Virus record (IMG/VR): IMGVR_UViG_3300032219_002765
Span: 1-64,000 of that record
Length of the DNA stretch: 64,000 nt
Direction: 5' to 3' (one strand)
From: a virus
Taxonomy: Duplodnaviria; Caudoviricetes
Within the stretch, counting starts at the first letter, position 1. The number at the start of each line of letters is the position of its first letter. Shown piece by piece: positions 37,730-45,409 of the stretch. Position numbers and translations under genes: made by a program. Below the pieces are notes generated by a model. That model ran no database searches. It was not told the origin of the DNA and saw only the letters and a list, made by a program, of their open reading frames with translations.

Positions 37730-38597
37730 TAGGAAGAATGTAATTATAAAAAGTACTACTTAAATTCTGCTCCCAGCTGTTTGCAGGCAACTCAATAACA
37801 TTTGACAATTTTATATTACTTAAAACACTAAATGCAGGGCGCAGAATAAGTGATCCGTAGTCCTCAGTAGTCGTTGGTTCCACGGTGCCCAGCGTGGTGT
37901 ACAACTTGGACTTCTGCATAACATTTCGGATGTTTACAGCGAAGTCATACCAGCTCATCGCCGGAGCTTCCCCGTAATGAAATAAACCATTTGCATTCGA
38001 TTCAATCAAACGCCAACACACCAAAGCCAATGCAGTTGCCGACGTGGGGCGCCCAATCTGATCATTAATAATTGAAAGATCTTTTCCTCTGACTAACGAG
38101 TCAAAGATCGTTTTAAAGAAATTTTTCCGAAATTCACTATAAATCCAACTCGTTCGAAGTATACAATAAGCGGTTGATTGCATAATATCCTGGATAGCTC
38201 GTTCACCTTGTAACTTGGTGTGCCCGTAATAATTAATAGGATTCGGAGAAGCATCAGTCTCATACGGAGTCGACGCCGTGCCATCGAAGACATAATCTGT
38301 TGAAATGTGTAAAAGTTTTGATCCGGTAAATCCGCACGCCCAAGCCAGGCAAGTGGGGCCGCCGTGATTTGCTGTCAAAGCAGCATTCTTATCTGTCTCA
38401 GCTTGGTCTACATTTGTATACGCTGCCGCATTAATAACCCACGCAGGTTCATGTTGCAGAACGTAATCACAGATTTTTGACCCGTCGTAAAAATCAAGTT
38501 CAAATCTAGAAGGTATTAGAAGTTCAACATCATCCGGTTTCGAACGAAGTAAGTGCTTACCCAGCTGTCCGCTAGCGCCAAAAACCAGAACCTTCAT
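37722..38597 (-). CDS. rfbD: dTDP-4-dehydrorhamnose reductase
   Basis: GASGQLG; INAAAYTNVDQAE; HISTDYVFDG; PINYYGHTK; DQIGRPT; RPAFSVLS. Confidence 0.92.
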   Translation of the reverse strand: MKVLVFGASGQLGKHLLRSKPDDVELLIPSRFELDFYDGSKICDYVLQHEPAWVINAAAYTNVDQAETDKNAALTANHGGPTCLAWACGFTGSKLLHISTDYVFDGTASTPYETDASPNPINYYGHTKLQGERAIQDIMQSTAYCILRTSWIYSEFRKNFFKTIFDSLVRGKDLSIINDQIGRPTSATALALVCWRLIESNANGLFHYGEAPAMSWYDFAVNIRNVMQKSKLYTTLGTVEPTTTEDYGSLILRPAFSVLSNIKLSNVIELPANSWEQNLSSTFYNYILPIT

Positions 38598-38631
38598 AAC
38601 CGATCGGAACTGGCATCATGTTACCAGTTTT

Positions 38632-39090
38632 TCAGTGCTCAGGAAGTAAAAACAGGGTAATCCCTGCCTCTTTAAGCAAATCTACAGAAGTAGAGAAACT
38701 GTCTTTCCATCGGTCTGGGATGGGGCGATCTGGTGCCACGATGCGACTGACGCCAGCTTGCATGAGAAGCGTGCAGCAACTCGCACATGGGAGGAAAGGC
38801 CAGATATAAATCCATGCGTCTTCCAGACTTACGCCGTGGCGAGACGCCTGCGCAACAATATTGGCCTCCGCGTGCACAGTCCGCAAGAGCTTTGCTTCAC
38901 GATTTTCTAGGTGAATCTGCGTGTCAGCGATCCCACGAGGAAATCCGTTGTACCCCGTGGCCAAAATCCTTCGATCACGTACCGCTACAGCCCCAACCTG
39001 GGTTGAGGGGTCTTTACTCCACAAGGAGATATGTTGCGCTAAATCAAGAAAACGTTGATCCCAATCCATTAACACTCGTACAGACTGCAC
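38632..39090 (-). CDS. dCMP deaminase
   Basis: WSKDPSTQVG; TGYNGFPRG; HAEAN; PCASC. Confidence 0.9.
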   Translation of the reverse strand: MQSVRVLMDWDQRFLDLAQHISLWSKDPSTQVGAVAVRDRRILATGYNGFPRGIADTQIHLENREAKLLRTVHAEANIVAQASRHGVSLEDAWIYIWPFLPCASCCTLLMQAGVSRIVAPDRPIPDRWKDSFSTSVDLLKEAGITLFLLPEH

Positions 39091-39117
39091 TAAACTAAAG
39101 AAAAACTAACAGAGATA

Positions 39118-39903
39118 ATGAGTTGGCTTGACGATGCAGTTAAAAAAGTTCGAATGGCGGGAGAAGATCCCCTTATAAAGGCTCTTCTCGGAACTACAGC
39201 TATTGGAGCGTTAACGGACAAAATTCCTGTTGCACTTAACCCTCTAAAAACTCGCACACCAACAACTTCATTAGGAAAATTGGGTAAAGGAGTTAACCCA
39301 TTTAATCCTTCTAACGCTGCAATGCTAGGTGTCGGGGCACTAGCGCGTCAATTTTTGTCTCCTGATGATGCGCAACGTGTTGAAATGTTTGGTTGGGGGC
39401 CACAGGTAGGTATACTTTGGAATACCATACACGCAGGTGCCCTTAACGCTTCCGAAGATCAAGAGCTACAAAAGGCTAGAACTCAATATCTGCAGAGAGC
39501 TAACGCAGAAGTAGCCGCAAAAACAAACTTAGGTGCACCTACTCCCGCACCAATCGCTGGTAACCGAGTAGATGCTGCCACACCGCAGATCGGAAACCGC
39601 CAAGCAGCGCCGGTTCAAGCTCCCATCGTACCCCAGTTCACAGAAGCGTCTCTGCAAGCGGCAAACGCGGGCTACGAAGCACCTAGGAACGTACCTTTGA
39701 GTCAGTTTTACGGCGCACAGCAAGCACTGGGTCGTGAACTAGAGCAAACAGGTGAGCTGCAACGTCGCCTGAGAGAAAGTGGCGGTGGTTCAGGCATGAC
39801 GGACGAGGCACTCATGGCCTGGGCACAAAAAAATCCCGGACTTGCGTACCGGGAATTGGTTAACAGGGAGTCTCGCTCCGGTATTCGCCCGACAGCCGAC
39901 TAA
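39118..39903 (+). CDS. putative internal virion protein
   Basis: Shares WAxxNPxLAY motif with 14024..15529. Confidence 0.5.
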   Translation: MSWLDDAVKKVRMAGEDPLIKALLGTTAIGALTDKIPVALNPLKTRTPTTSLGKLGKGVNPFNPSNAAMLGVGALARQFLSPDDAQRVEMFGWGPQVGILWNTIHAGALNASEDQELQKARTQYLQRANAEVAAKTNLGAPTPAPIAGNRVDAATPQIGNRQAAPVQAPIVPQFTEASLQAANAGYEAPRNVPLSQFYGAQQALGRELEQTGELQRRLRESGGGSGMTDEALMAWAQKNPGLAYRELVNRESRSGIRPTAD

Positions 39904-40142
39904 TGCCTGGCAAAAGCCACGCGGGATGCACTCTCGTCTGAGGCTAAGTACGTAATTCCTGGTGCCCACTCTTCGCGTTTACCGGTGTTGTCGCACTGAA
40001 CAACGTAAAAAAGTGATTTAACACCCTTCTTATTTGTTTTTGTAACAAAATCCACGACGGTACCTTTTTTATTTGGGAGTTCTAAGCCCGCTGAAGGCTT
40101 TTTCTTTGCGACAACATCACCGATCTTAAATTTGGTCTTCAT
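39900..40142 (-). CDS. hypothetical protein (SH3-like)
   Basis: FKIGDVV...GTVV...YVVQ. Confidence 0.5.
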   Translation of the reverse strand: MKTKFKIGDVVAKKKPSAGLELPNKKGTVVDFVTKTNKKGVKSLFYVVQCDNTGKREEWAPGITYLASDESASRVAFARH

Positions 40143-40207
40143 AAAGTGCCTGGTAATTTTAAAAATGTCTAAAGGGCGCTGGCCTAACTCTTACTGAACA
40201 GAAACCG

Positions 40208-40576
40208 CTAACCATCAGAAGTGTACACAGGACACTCTGCAGCAAAATCATCCCCGGCTTCCGGAAAATCAAAGCCACAGCCAGATGACATCATATGAGC
40301 ACAGGAGTCACACGTAACTGAAGGAGTCTCAGTACGAGGAGTAGTGCACGCAACAGAGTGAACTTTAAGTTTGTCAATTAAGTAATTGATCAGCCGTTTA
40401 TTTTCAACAGCTTCTTCAAAAAACTGTTCGCTGACTTCGTGGCTTGTGTGCCGTTGATTGCATGATTGGCACTCTTTACGGCGCCGACGACTCTCTCTGG
40501 TAACCCTGGACTCAATTGTTATACAATTTTTCTCCTTACAAGAGGGACATTGATCGCGTATTTCAAAAGCCATCAA
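40208..40576 (-). CDS. NrdR-like Zn-ribbon protein without ATP cone
   Basis: CPSC...IESR...RRRRKECQSCNQRHTSHE; extra C-terminal Cys cluster. Confidence 0.7.
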   Translation of the reverse strand: MMAFEIRDQCPSCKEKNCITIESRVTRESRRRRKECQSCNQRHTSHEVSEQFFEEAVENKRLINYLIDKLKVHSVACTTPRTETPSVTCDSCAHMMSSGCGFDFPEAGDDFAAECPVYTSDG

Positions 40577-40825
40577 TTATTCTCTTTCTTACAAGCTGCG
40601 TACTCGTTTAAACATTCGTTTAAAGCTAGAACATAATCAGCAAAAGCCACGTGGGTATTCACGGCCTGCTTGTTTGGAGGAACCAGAGGAAAAGATTCGT
40701 TCCACCAGGCGCAAAAAAGTTCAGTGAGTTCTTCAGAAGTCATGGGATTAGTTTTTTAGCGAGACAAAATAAACCAACGTTAACAAGAATATATCCAAAA
40801 AATAATTCACAAGCTGTTGTCCAAG

Positions 40826-41068
40826 TCATTCTTTTTCCATTTCAGCAGCGAGCACTGCTGCAGACCGCAGCATTGTGCTTAGTTTAATTGGCTTCATATC
40901 ACGCCCATTGGCATAACGAATGCACCAGCGCACACCCATGGAGATGTTGCCGTCCCCTAGACGCCGAGCAGCCTCAATTTCTTCACGAGACAAACGTATG
41001 TTGACTGTAAAGTTAAGACCTTTGTTACGGGCTGCACGGTCTTTTGTAAAGTCGTTAGCGTTAGCCAT
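40826..41068 (-). CDS. small DNA-binding protein (ribbon-helix-helix-like)
   Basis: TVNIRLSREEIEAARRLGDGNISMGVR. Confidence 0.5.
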   Translation of the reverse strand: MANANDFTKDRAARNKGLNFTVNIRLSREEIEAARRLGDGNISMGVRWCIRYANGRDMKPIKLSTMLRSAAVLAAEMEKE

Positions 41069-41312
41069 GTGCCTCCAGCTCGTCGGCGATCATAAAAAGT
41101 TGGTTACTTGACCAATTAACTCCGGTTGATTCAATGTGCCCAGGCCACGGGCTTGTCTCACGTAAATGATCCGCAGCATAGCGAAGGGCGGCAACAGCAG
41201 CGGCCATGTGCTGAGAGTTTAGTTCGTAGAACTGGTCATCCAGTGCATCCAGCACTGCCTGCGCGGCGGTGGACAAGACCTTTTTCGTGGCGTCAGGAAA
41301 ATGGTCAGTCAT
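41061..41312 (-). CDS. small cassette protein (LSxAAQAV family)
   Basis: LSTAAQAVLDA...AAALR...IADELE. Confidence 0.6.
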   Translation of the reverse strand: MTDHFPDATKKVLSTAAQAVLDALDDQFYELNSQHMAAAVAALRYAADHLRETSPWPGHIESTGVNWSSNQLFMIADELEAHG

Positions 41313-41527
41313 TGGGCAACGTTTTCCAATAGTTTTTGCGCTGCTTCTAACAGCAATGGAAATTCCTCGGGATCCACTTCAATCACTTGGTCTTCTTGCT
41401 GTAAACGCAAAAAGTACCCACCGTCAGGGTCGCCAGCAAGTTGCACCCGAACGGCGCTGTGATGTAGTGGAAACGTATCAGTTTGAAAAACAGCAACGTC
41501 TGTGAAAATCATGCGATATTCAGCCAT
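41309..41527 (-). CDS. hypothetical protein
   Basis: ORF track; coupled stop/start. Confidence 0.55.
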   Translation of the reverse strand: MAEYRMIFTDVAVFQTDTFPLHHSAVRVQLAGDPDGGYFLRLQQEDQVIEVDPEEFPLLLEAAQKLLENVAQ

Positions 41528-41723
41528 TGGGCAATGCCTCCAAAGTGATCAGGCGAGACACGGTTTCAAACGCTTTGATAGCTTCCATAGCCTCAGACAA
41601 TTCCTCTGCTGCACCGTAAACACTATTGCAGGCAAGTAGTGCATCGGCTGCTGCTACGTGTCGAGCAAGCTTGGCGTAGATCAAGGCGTAATTAGGTGGT
41701 GTCATTGTTAGTGATTCAATCAT
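41520..41723 (-). CDS. hypothetical protein
   Basis: ORF track; coupled stop/start. Confidence 0.5.
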   Translation of the reverse strand: MIESLTMTPPNYALIYAKLARHVAAADALLACNSVYGAAEELSEAMEAIKAFETVSRLITLEALPNG

Positions 41724-41925
41724 TGAATTGCTCCAGTTCGTTGGCGATGGCTAGAAGTTCATAACGTATTTTGTTTTGCCTGAGGTTAGTCGACAAAGGG
41801 GTTACTTGAGTCGCAACAGTTCGCAGAGCGGCGGCGACTACTTGATTTGGAGTTAGCCAGTGGTTTGTTTCGTAATGGTTTACAGCATTTGCAACTGCCT
41901 GCGCGGCGGGGGAGAGGTTAGTCAA
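41716..41925 (-). CDS. small cassette protein (LSxAAQAV family), TTG start
   Basis: TNLSPAAQAV...VAAALR...LLAIANELE; paralogue of 41061..41312. Confidence 0.55.
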   Translation of the reverse strand: MTNLSPAAQAVANAVNHYETNHWLTPNQVVAAALRTVATQVTPLSTNLRQNKIRYELLAIANELEQFND

Positions 41926-42118
41926 TTGGAAGCTCCTCGTAAGAAAGAAATGCAACCCACTCAAGTACCTCAACTAAAGCTGGATACTTTCGATGAAACT
42001 CTTCAGCAGCAGCAATGTTAAGAGCCTTGACACCGTGCTCAAAGTCACTCTGAAGAGCGTCATTGATTCTGTCGTCAAGTTCTTTGATCAGTTGCTGGCG
42101 TGGGGAGAGGTCAGTCAT
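41918..42118 (-). CDS. small cassette protein
   Basis: MTDLSPRQQL start overlapping the upstream stop (ATGACTGA). Confidence 0.55.
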   Translation of the reverse strand: MTDLSPRQQLIKELDDRINDALQSDFEHGVKALNIAAAEEFHRKYPALVEVLEWVAFLSYEELPID

Positions 42119-42461
42119 TGGGCAATGCCTCCAGTGCGCGGCGAATGGTGTCCCCGAGTCCATTGAGATGAAGACAGTCGCTGGACTCAGCTTCATCCAA
42201 CGCATAAAGCGCCTGCTCCTTCAAGCTTGGCGGCTTGGGGCGGCGGGCGGCGCGGAGTTGAGGGTCCAAGCACCAGCCAGTGTTTATTTCTTTGCTCAGC
42301 CACCAACAACACGCCTCCAGCTCCTGGTCGGCACCCCAGCGGGCGGCTTGGGTGGCAATGTGATCCTCAAGTTGAATGTGTTTGACCTTGCTCTTATACC
42401 AGTCTTGGCGCCACTTATCTTGAAGCTCAAGCGGTGGGGTAATTGGGTGTTGGTTAGTCAT
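42111..42461 (-). CDS. small cassette protein
   Basis: MTNQHPITPP...AARWGADQELEACC...RPKPPSLKEQAL. Confidence 0.6.
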   Translation of the reverse strand: MTNQHPITPPLELQDKWRQDWYKSKVKHIQLEDHIATQAARWGADQELEACCWWLSKEINTGWCLDPQLRAARRPKPPSLKEQALYALDEAESSDCLHLNGLGDTIRRALEALPND

Positions 42462-42660
42462 TCCAATGACGCAGGACGCCTGCGCAGATAAGGGTGTTGG
42501 TGATCATGTAAGTACCTAGAATCAACAACCGTACAAAAGCCACTTGATCAGCCACGCGGTTATGGTGGTGCGCTTTTTCTCCGAGAGCTTTAGCGATAAT
42601 CCGCCACAACCGCGACGACAAAGAAGCAAGCGGGAGCCCAGTTGATTGAGACTTGCTCAT
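42454..42660 (-). CDS. small membrane-associated protein
   Basis: LWRIIAKALGEKA...ADQVAFVRLLILGTYMITNTLICAGVLRHW. Confidence 0.6.
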   Translation of the reverse strand: MSKSQSTGLPLASLSSRLWRIIAKALGEKAHHHNRVADQVAFVRLLILGTYMITNTLICAGVLRHWND

Positions 42661-42668
42661 CAGAAAAA

Positions 42669-42714
42669 GTTGATGCTTGAAAAAAGGAGGTGTTGATGCT
42701 TGAAAAAAAGAGGT
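42669..42714. repeat. 23-bp tandem duplication at the 3' end of tRNA-Leu
   Basis: gttgatgcttgaaaaaaggaggt / gttgatgcttgaaaaaaagaggt (1 mismatch). Confidence 0.85.
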
Positions 42715-42796
42715 GTCACGGGCGGGATTTGAACCCGCAAGAGCAATGCCCGACGCATTTTAAGTGCGTTTCGTATACCGATTCCGACACCGTGAC
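42714..42796 (-). tRNA. trnL: tRNA-Leu(TAA), intronless, CCA not fully encoded
   Basis: GTCACGG/CCGTGAC acceptor; ACGCA-CTTAAAA-TGCGT anticodon arm; long variable arm; GCGGG-TTCAAAT-CCCGC T-arm. Confidence 0.95.
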
Positions 42797-42797
42797 A

Positions 42798-42873
42798 TGG
42801 TGCGCGTCGTCAGGATCGAACTGACCTACCGCGAATTATGAGTTCGCTGCCTTCACCAGATGGCTAGACGCGC
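42798..42873 (-). tRNA. tRNA with CAT anticodon (elongator Met or lysidine Ile2), CCA encoded
   Basis: GCGCGTC/GACGCGC acceptor; GCGAA-CTCATAA-TTCGC; GTCAG-TTCGATC-CTGAC; ends ACCA; no initiator hallmarks. Confidence 0.93.
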
Positions 42874-42886
42874 TCAAGGCTCCAAA

Positions 42887-43180
42887 TTAACTCAGATCGT
42901 CCGATAAAAGCGCTTTGTCGTTTTTCTTTGATTTTCCTCTGGTAGCTAAGTGTGCATTGAGTACGTTTACCCGAGAAGAGCACCTGTAATTGCAATAAGG
43001 ACCTTTGCGATCAGGGTTTTGCTGTTTAGCAGCGACCCATTTACGCAATTTATGACCCTTTAAAACAAACAAAGAAGCGCAGACGGGGCAAACGGCGTGT
43101 AAGAAGCGATTTTCCACGGGGTAGAGAAGGAACGTTACCAGTAAACCATGCGCTTTAGCGCACTGCAAGCCTTCAGACAA
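42887..43180 (-). CDS. small Zn-finger protein
   Basis: CPVC...YCNYRC. Confidence 0.45.
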   Translation of the reverse strand: MSEGLQCAKAHGLLVTFLLYPVENRFLHAVCPVCASLFVLKGHKLRKWVAAKQQNPDRKGPYCNYRCSSRVNVLNAHLATRGKSKKNDKALLSDDLS

Positions 43181-43203
43181 AAATCAAGTGTATTTTTTGA
43201 GTC

Positions 43204-43521
43204 TCAAAGTGGATCTTGCGCAAGAGCAGCCTGCCGAGCACGGGCGTAGCAGTAGCTGATGCCTTTATTCCGCTCAACAGTGCTGGGCTTGGCTAGATCC
43301 CAGACAGCTTTGCAGCGCTCATAATAATTTTCCTGCACTTTAACGTTCTCATTGAAAAAAGTGGTCTGAGAAAGCAGCCCACCTACAGCGCCTACACAAA
43401 TTATTGTGCCGATACCGGCAAGACCTGCGACGGTACCGACAGCTAGGACTTTCCACAGCTGCCAAACGGCAACGGTCGGAATCAGATGAGACGATTTGAG
43501 ATCAAGTGGAGGTCGGGTCAA
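43204..43521 (-). CDS. single-pass membrane protein
   Basis: Hydrophobic VLAVGTVAGLAGIGTIICVGAVGGLL. Confidence 0.5.
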   Translation of the reverse strand: MTRPPLDLKSSHLIPTVAVWQLWKVLAVGTVAGLAGIGTIICVGAVGGLLSQTTFFNENVKVQENYYERCKAVWDLAKPSTVERNKGISYCYARARQAALAQDPL

Positions 43522-43611
43522 GGTCTGATGTGATCTGGAACGAACACATCATAGCACTCTGTGCGCTCAGTCAACCAAAAGCTTCTCGGACGGGAGCTAT
43601 AGGAGAAAAAC

Positions 43612-43941
43612 CTATACGCCCCGGATAATGTGTCCGTACTTCCCTTGCATCTCCTTAATGCGCCTCTGAAAATTTGGACTCTGAAGTGCTTTATTCATCC
43701 GATCTTGAGCTGCAGGATCTTCCTGATCAAAACGAAGATTCGCATCAGGAACGCCAATTTCAAAACTAGGAGAACCAGCAACTAGATAATTGTCTAAAAA
43801 CTCAACGGGAGTAGGAAGCGCGTTTGGTACATTCATACTTCCTTGAGCCTCTGGACTGTAACCGCGACCGGGAGGCAGCGCAGAAGTTGCGCCGGGCAAA
43901 CTAGGACTAGCAGCTAATAACTGCCCGATGTTTTCGTACAT
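43612..43941 (-). CDS. hypothetical protein
   Basis: ORF track. Confidence 0.5.
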   Translation of the reverse strand: MYENIGQLLAASPSLPGATSALPPGRGYSPEAQGSMNVPNALPTPVEFLDNYLVAGSPSFEIGVPDANLRFDQEDPAAQDRMNKALQSPNFQRRIKEMQGKYGHIIRGV

Positions 43942-44008
43942 GATTAGAACCCTATAAAAATATTTTACTAGTTTTTACTTGTATTAATGATAAATGCCTT
44001 TTATCGAG

Positions 44009-44821
44009 TTAACGAGTATACGGAAGTTTTCCTCTCAGGAAAGACTTAGCCATGTACTCCAGTTCGTTACCAGCTTTATCTACAACGCCAGAATCAGCAA
44101 GGACTTTACTGGCGGCGATACCAGCAGCAAGTCCTAATCCAGCAGCTCCGGCAGGTCCACGCATCCGTGTGGCAGCAGGAATAGCTCGACTCAACAATGC
44201 ACTGGCGCTAACCGCAGCGGCAGGTGCGGCTACCCGAGCAACATCTTCGACAGCAGCCGCAGGAATTCGCCGACTTCCCTGCTGAGCAATAAAACTATTT
44301 AACAAATTCAAAGCTTGCCGTTCAGGAGCGTATTCAGTAAAACGATGTAGTTCAGGAATATCAGCCATCCCAGGTCCGGTAGCCCGAATCGTTGCACCAG
44401 GACGATAAGGATTGTTTCCTAGTTGTAACCCAGGGATACTTAACTGACCTGGAGCCACGCGGGAAGCTAAAGCGTTAATTTCTTCAGCAATGGGTACATT
44501 AACCGGAACAGGGTCAAAAGCTATAAACGGTTGTCCTCTGCGGAAATTTTGTGGGTTTCCAGCTCGTGTAAAAAGGTTACCTTGAAAATATTCTGCGTTT
44601 GCAGGCGTGGGAGTTATCTTTGGTGGGTACAAGGGAAGATCTAACTGCCCTGGAGTTCGAGTAACTGCTTGACTTAAAGCTTCAATTTCAGCTGCGACGT
44701 TTGCAGGAATCGGGTCATAGGCAATAAAAGGTTGGCGCCGACCCGAAAAATTTTGAGGATTTCCTGCTCGGGTAAACAAATTACCCTGCAGTACGTCGTT
44801 CAAAAGCGCTGAAGGATCCAC
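44009..44821 (-). CDS. protein with internal 68-aa duplication, ejection-like
   Basis: QGNLFTRAGNPQNF...PGQLxxP occurs twice, 204-nt period. Confidence 0.6.
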   Translation of the reverse strand: MDPSALLNDVLQGNLFTRAGNPQNFSGRRQPFIAYDPIPANVAAEIEALSQAVTRTPGQLDLPLYPPKITPTPANAEYFQGNLFTRAGNPQNFRRGQPFIAFDPVPVNVPIAEEINALASRVAPGQLSIPGLQLGNNPYRPGATIRATGPGMADIPELHRFTEYAPERQALNLLNSFIAQQGSRRIPAAAVEDVARVAAPAAAVSASALLSRAIPAATRMRGPAGAAGLGLAAGIAASKVLADSGVVDKAGNELEYMAKSFLRGKLPYTR

Positions 44822-44869
44822 TTTAAGTCTAAAAAGCAGTCTTGACCTCGAATTATTCTACTCGAACAA

Positions 44870-45130
44870 CGCAAACGGAAAAAAATTTTTAGGTCTCCCA
44901 CGAGGGAAAAAAATTTTAAAAAAGGCATCCTACCCCGTTCTGGGGTGGCAAAACTCAGTTTTTGAGTCATTTCGGAGGATAAAACCCGATTTTTAGCCCC
45001 GCGTGGAAAATGTCAGTTTATTAACATACAGGAGGTTTCGCCCCACTTTACCCGCAAGATTATGAAAGTGTTCTCGCCCACCCCGTCGATCAAAGCGCGT
45101 ATATAAAAAAAAGGGCGTTTTGCGGGCAGA
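44870..45130. other. non-coding strand-switch junction; candidate packaging (pac/cos) or origin region
   Basis: gaaaaaaatttt twice, A-tracts alternating with G/C runs; divergent transcription on either side. Confidence 0.4.
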
Positions 45131-45373
45131 TTGCGGCCAAGTTTGTTACACATAGCGCCAGGGGTTAGTTATATCGGGGTCCTATCACGTTTTTCCACAG
45201 GCAAACATTTAGTTTTATGTAGTTTTACACTTAGTGGGGCACGTTACAACTTTTTAAGTTTGCTTGACAAAGCGGCCGAGCCCATGGTATTTGCGCGAGC
45301 GGGCGCGGGCGCGGTTCCGTTACTAGGTGAGCTCGATGCGCAGTGTGCCAATCAAATCACTGACACAAATCTA

Positions 45374-45403
45374 TTGACGGGCGAACCACCCTGCGAATAC
45401 CTT
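45374..45403 (+). promoter_or_regulatory. sigma70-type early promoter
   Basis: TTGACG-18 nt-TACCTT immediately before the structured RNA. Confidence 0.55.
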
Positions 45404-45409
45404 TATGGA

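Noticed and set aside
42640-42713. Theta (HDV-like) ribozyme at the tRNA 3' end
   Set aside because: The trailer is U-tract-rich and simple; no nested double pseudoknot visible
42669-42714. 23-bp repeat as a CRISPR array
   Set aside because: Two adjacent copies with no spacer; no cas genes in the window
42798-42873. Initiator tRNA-fMet
   Set aside because: Position 1:72 is a G-C pair and the anticodon stem lacks three consecutive G-C pairs
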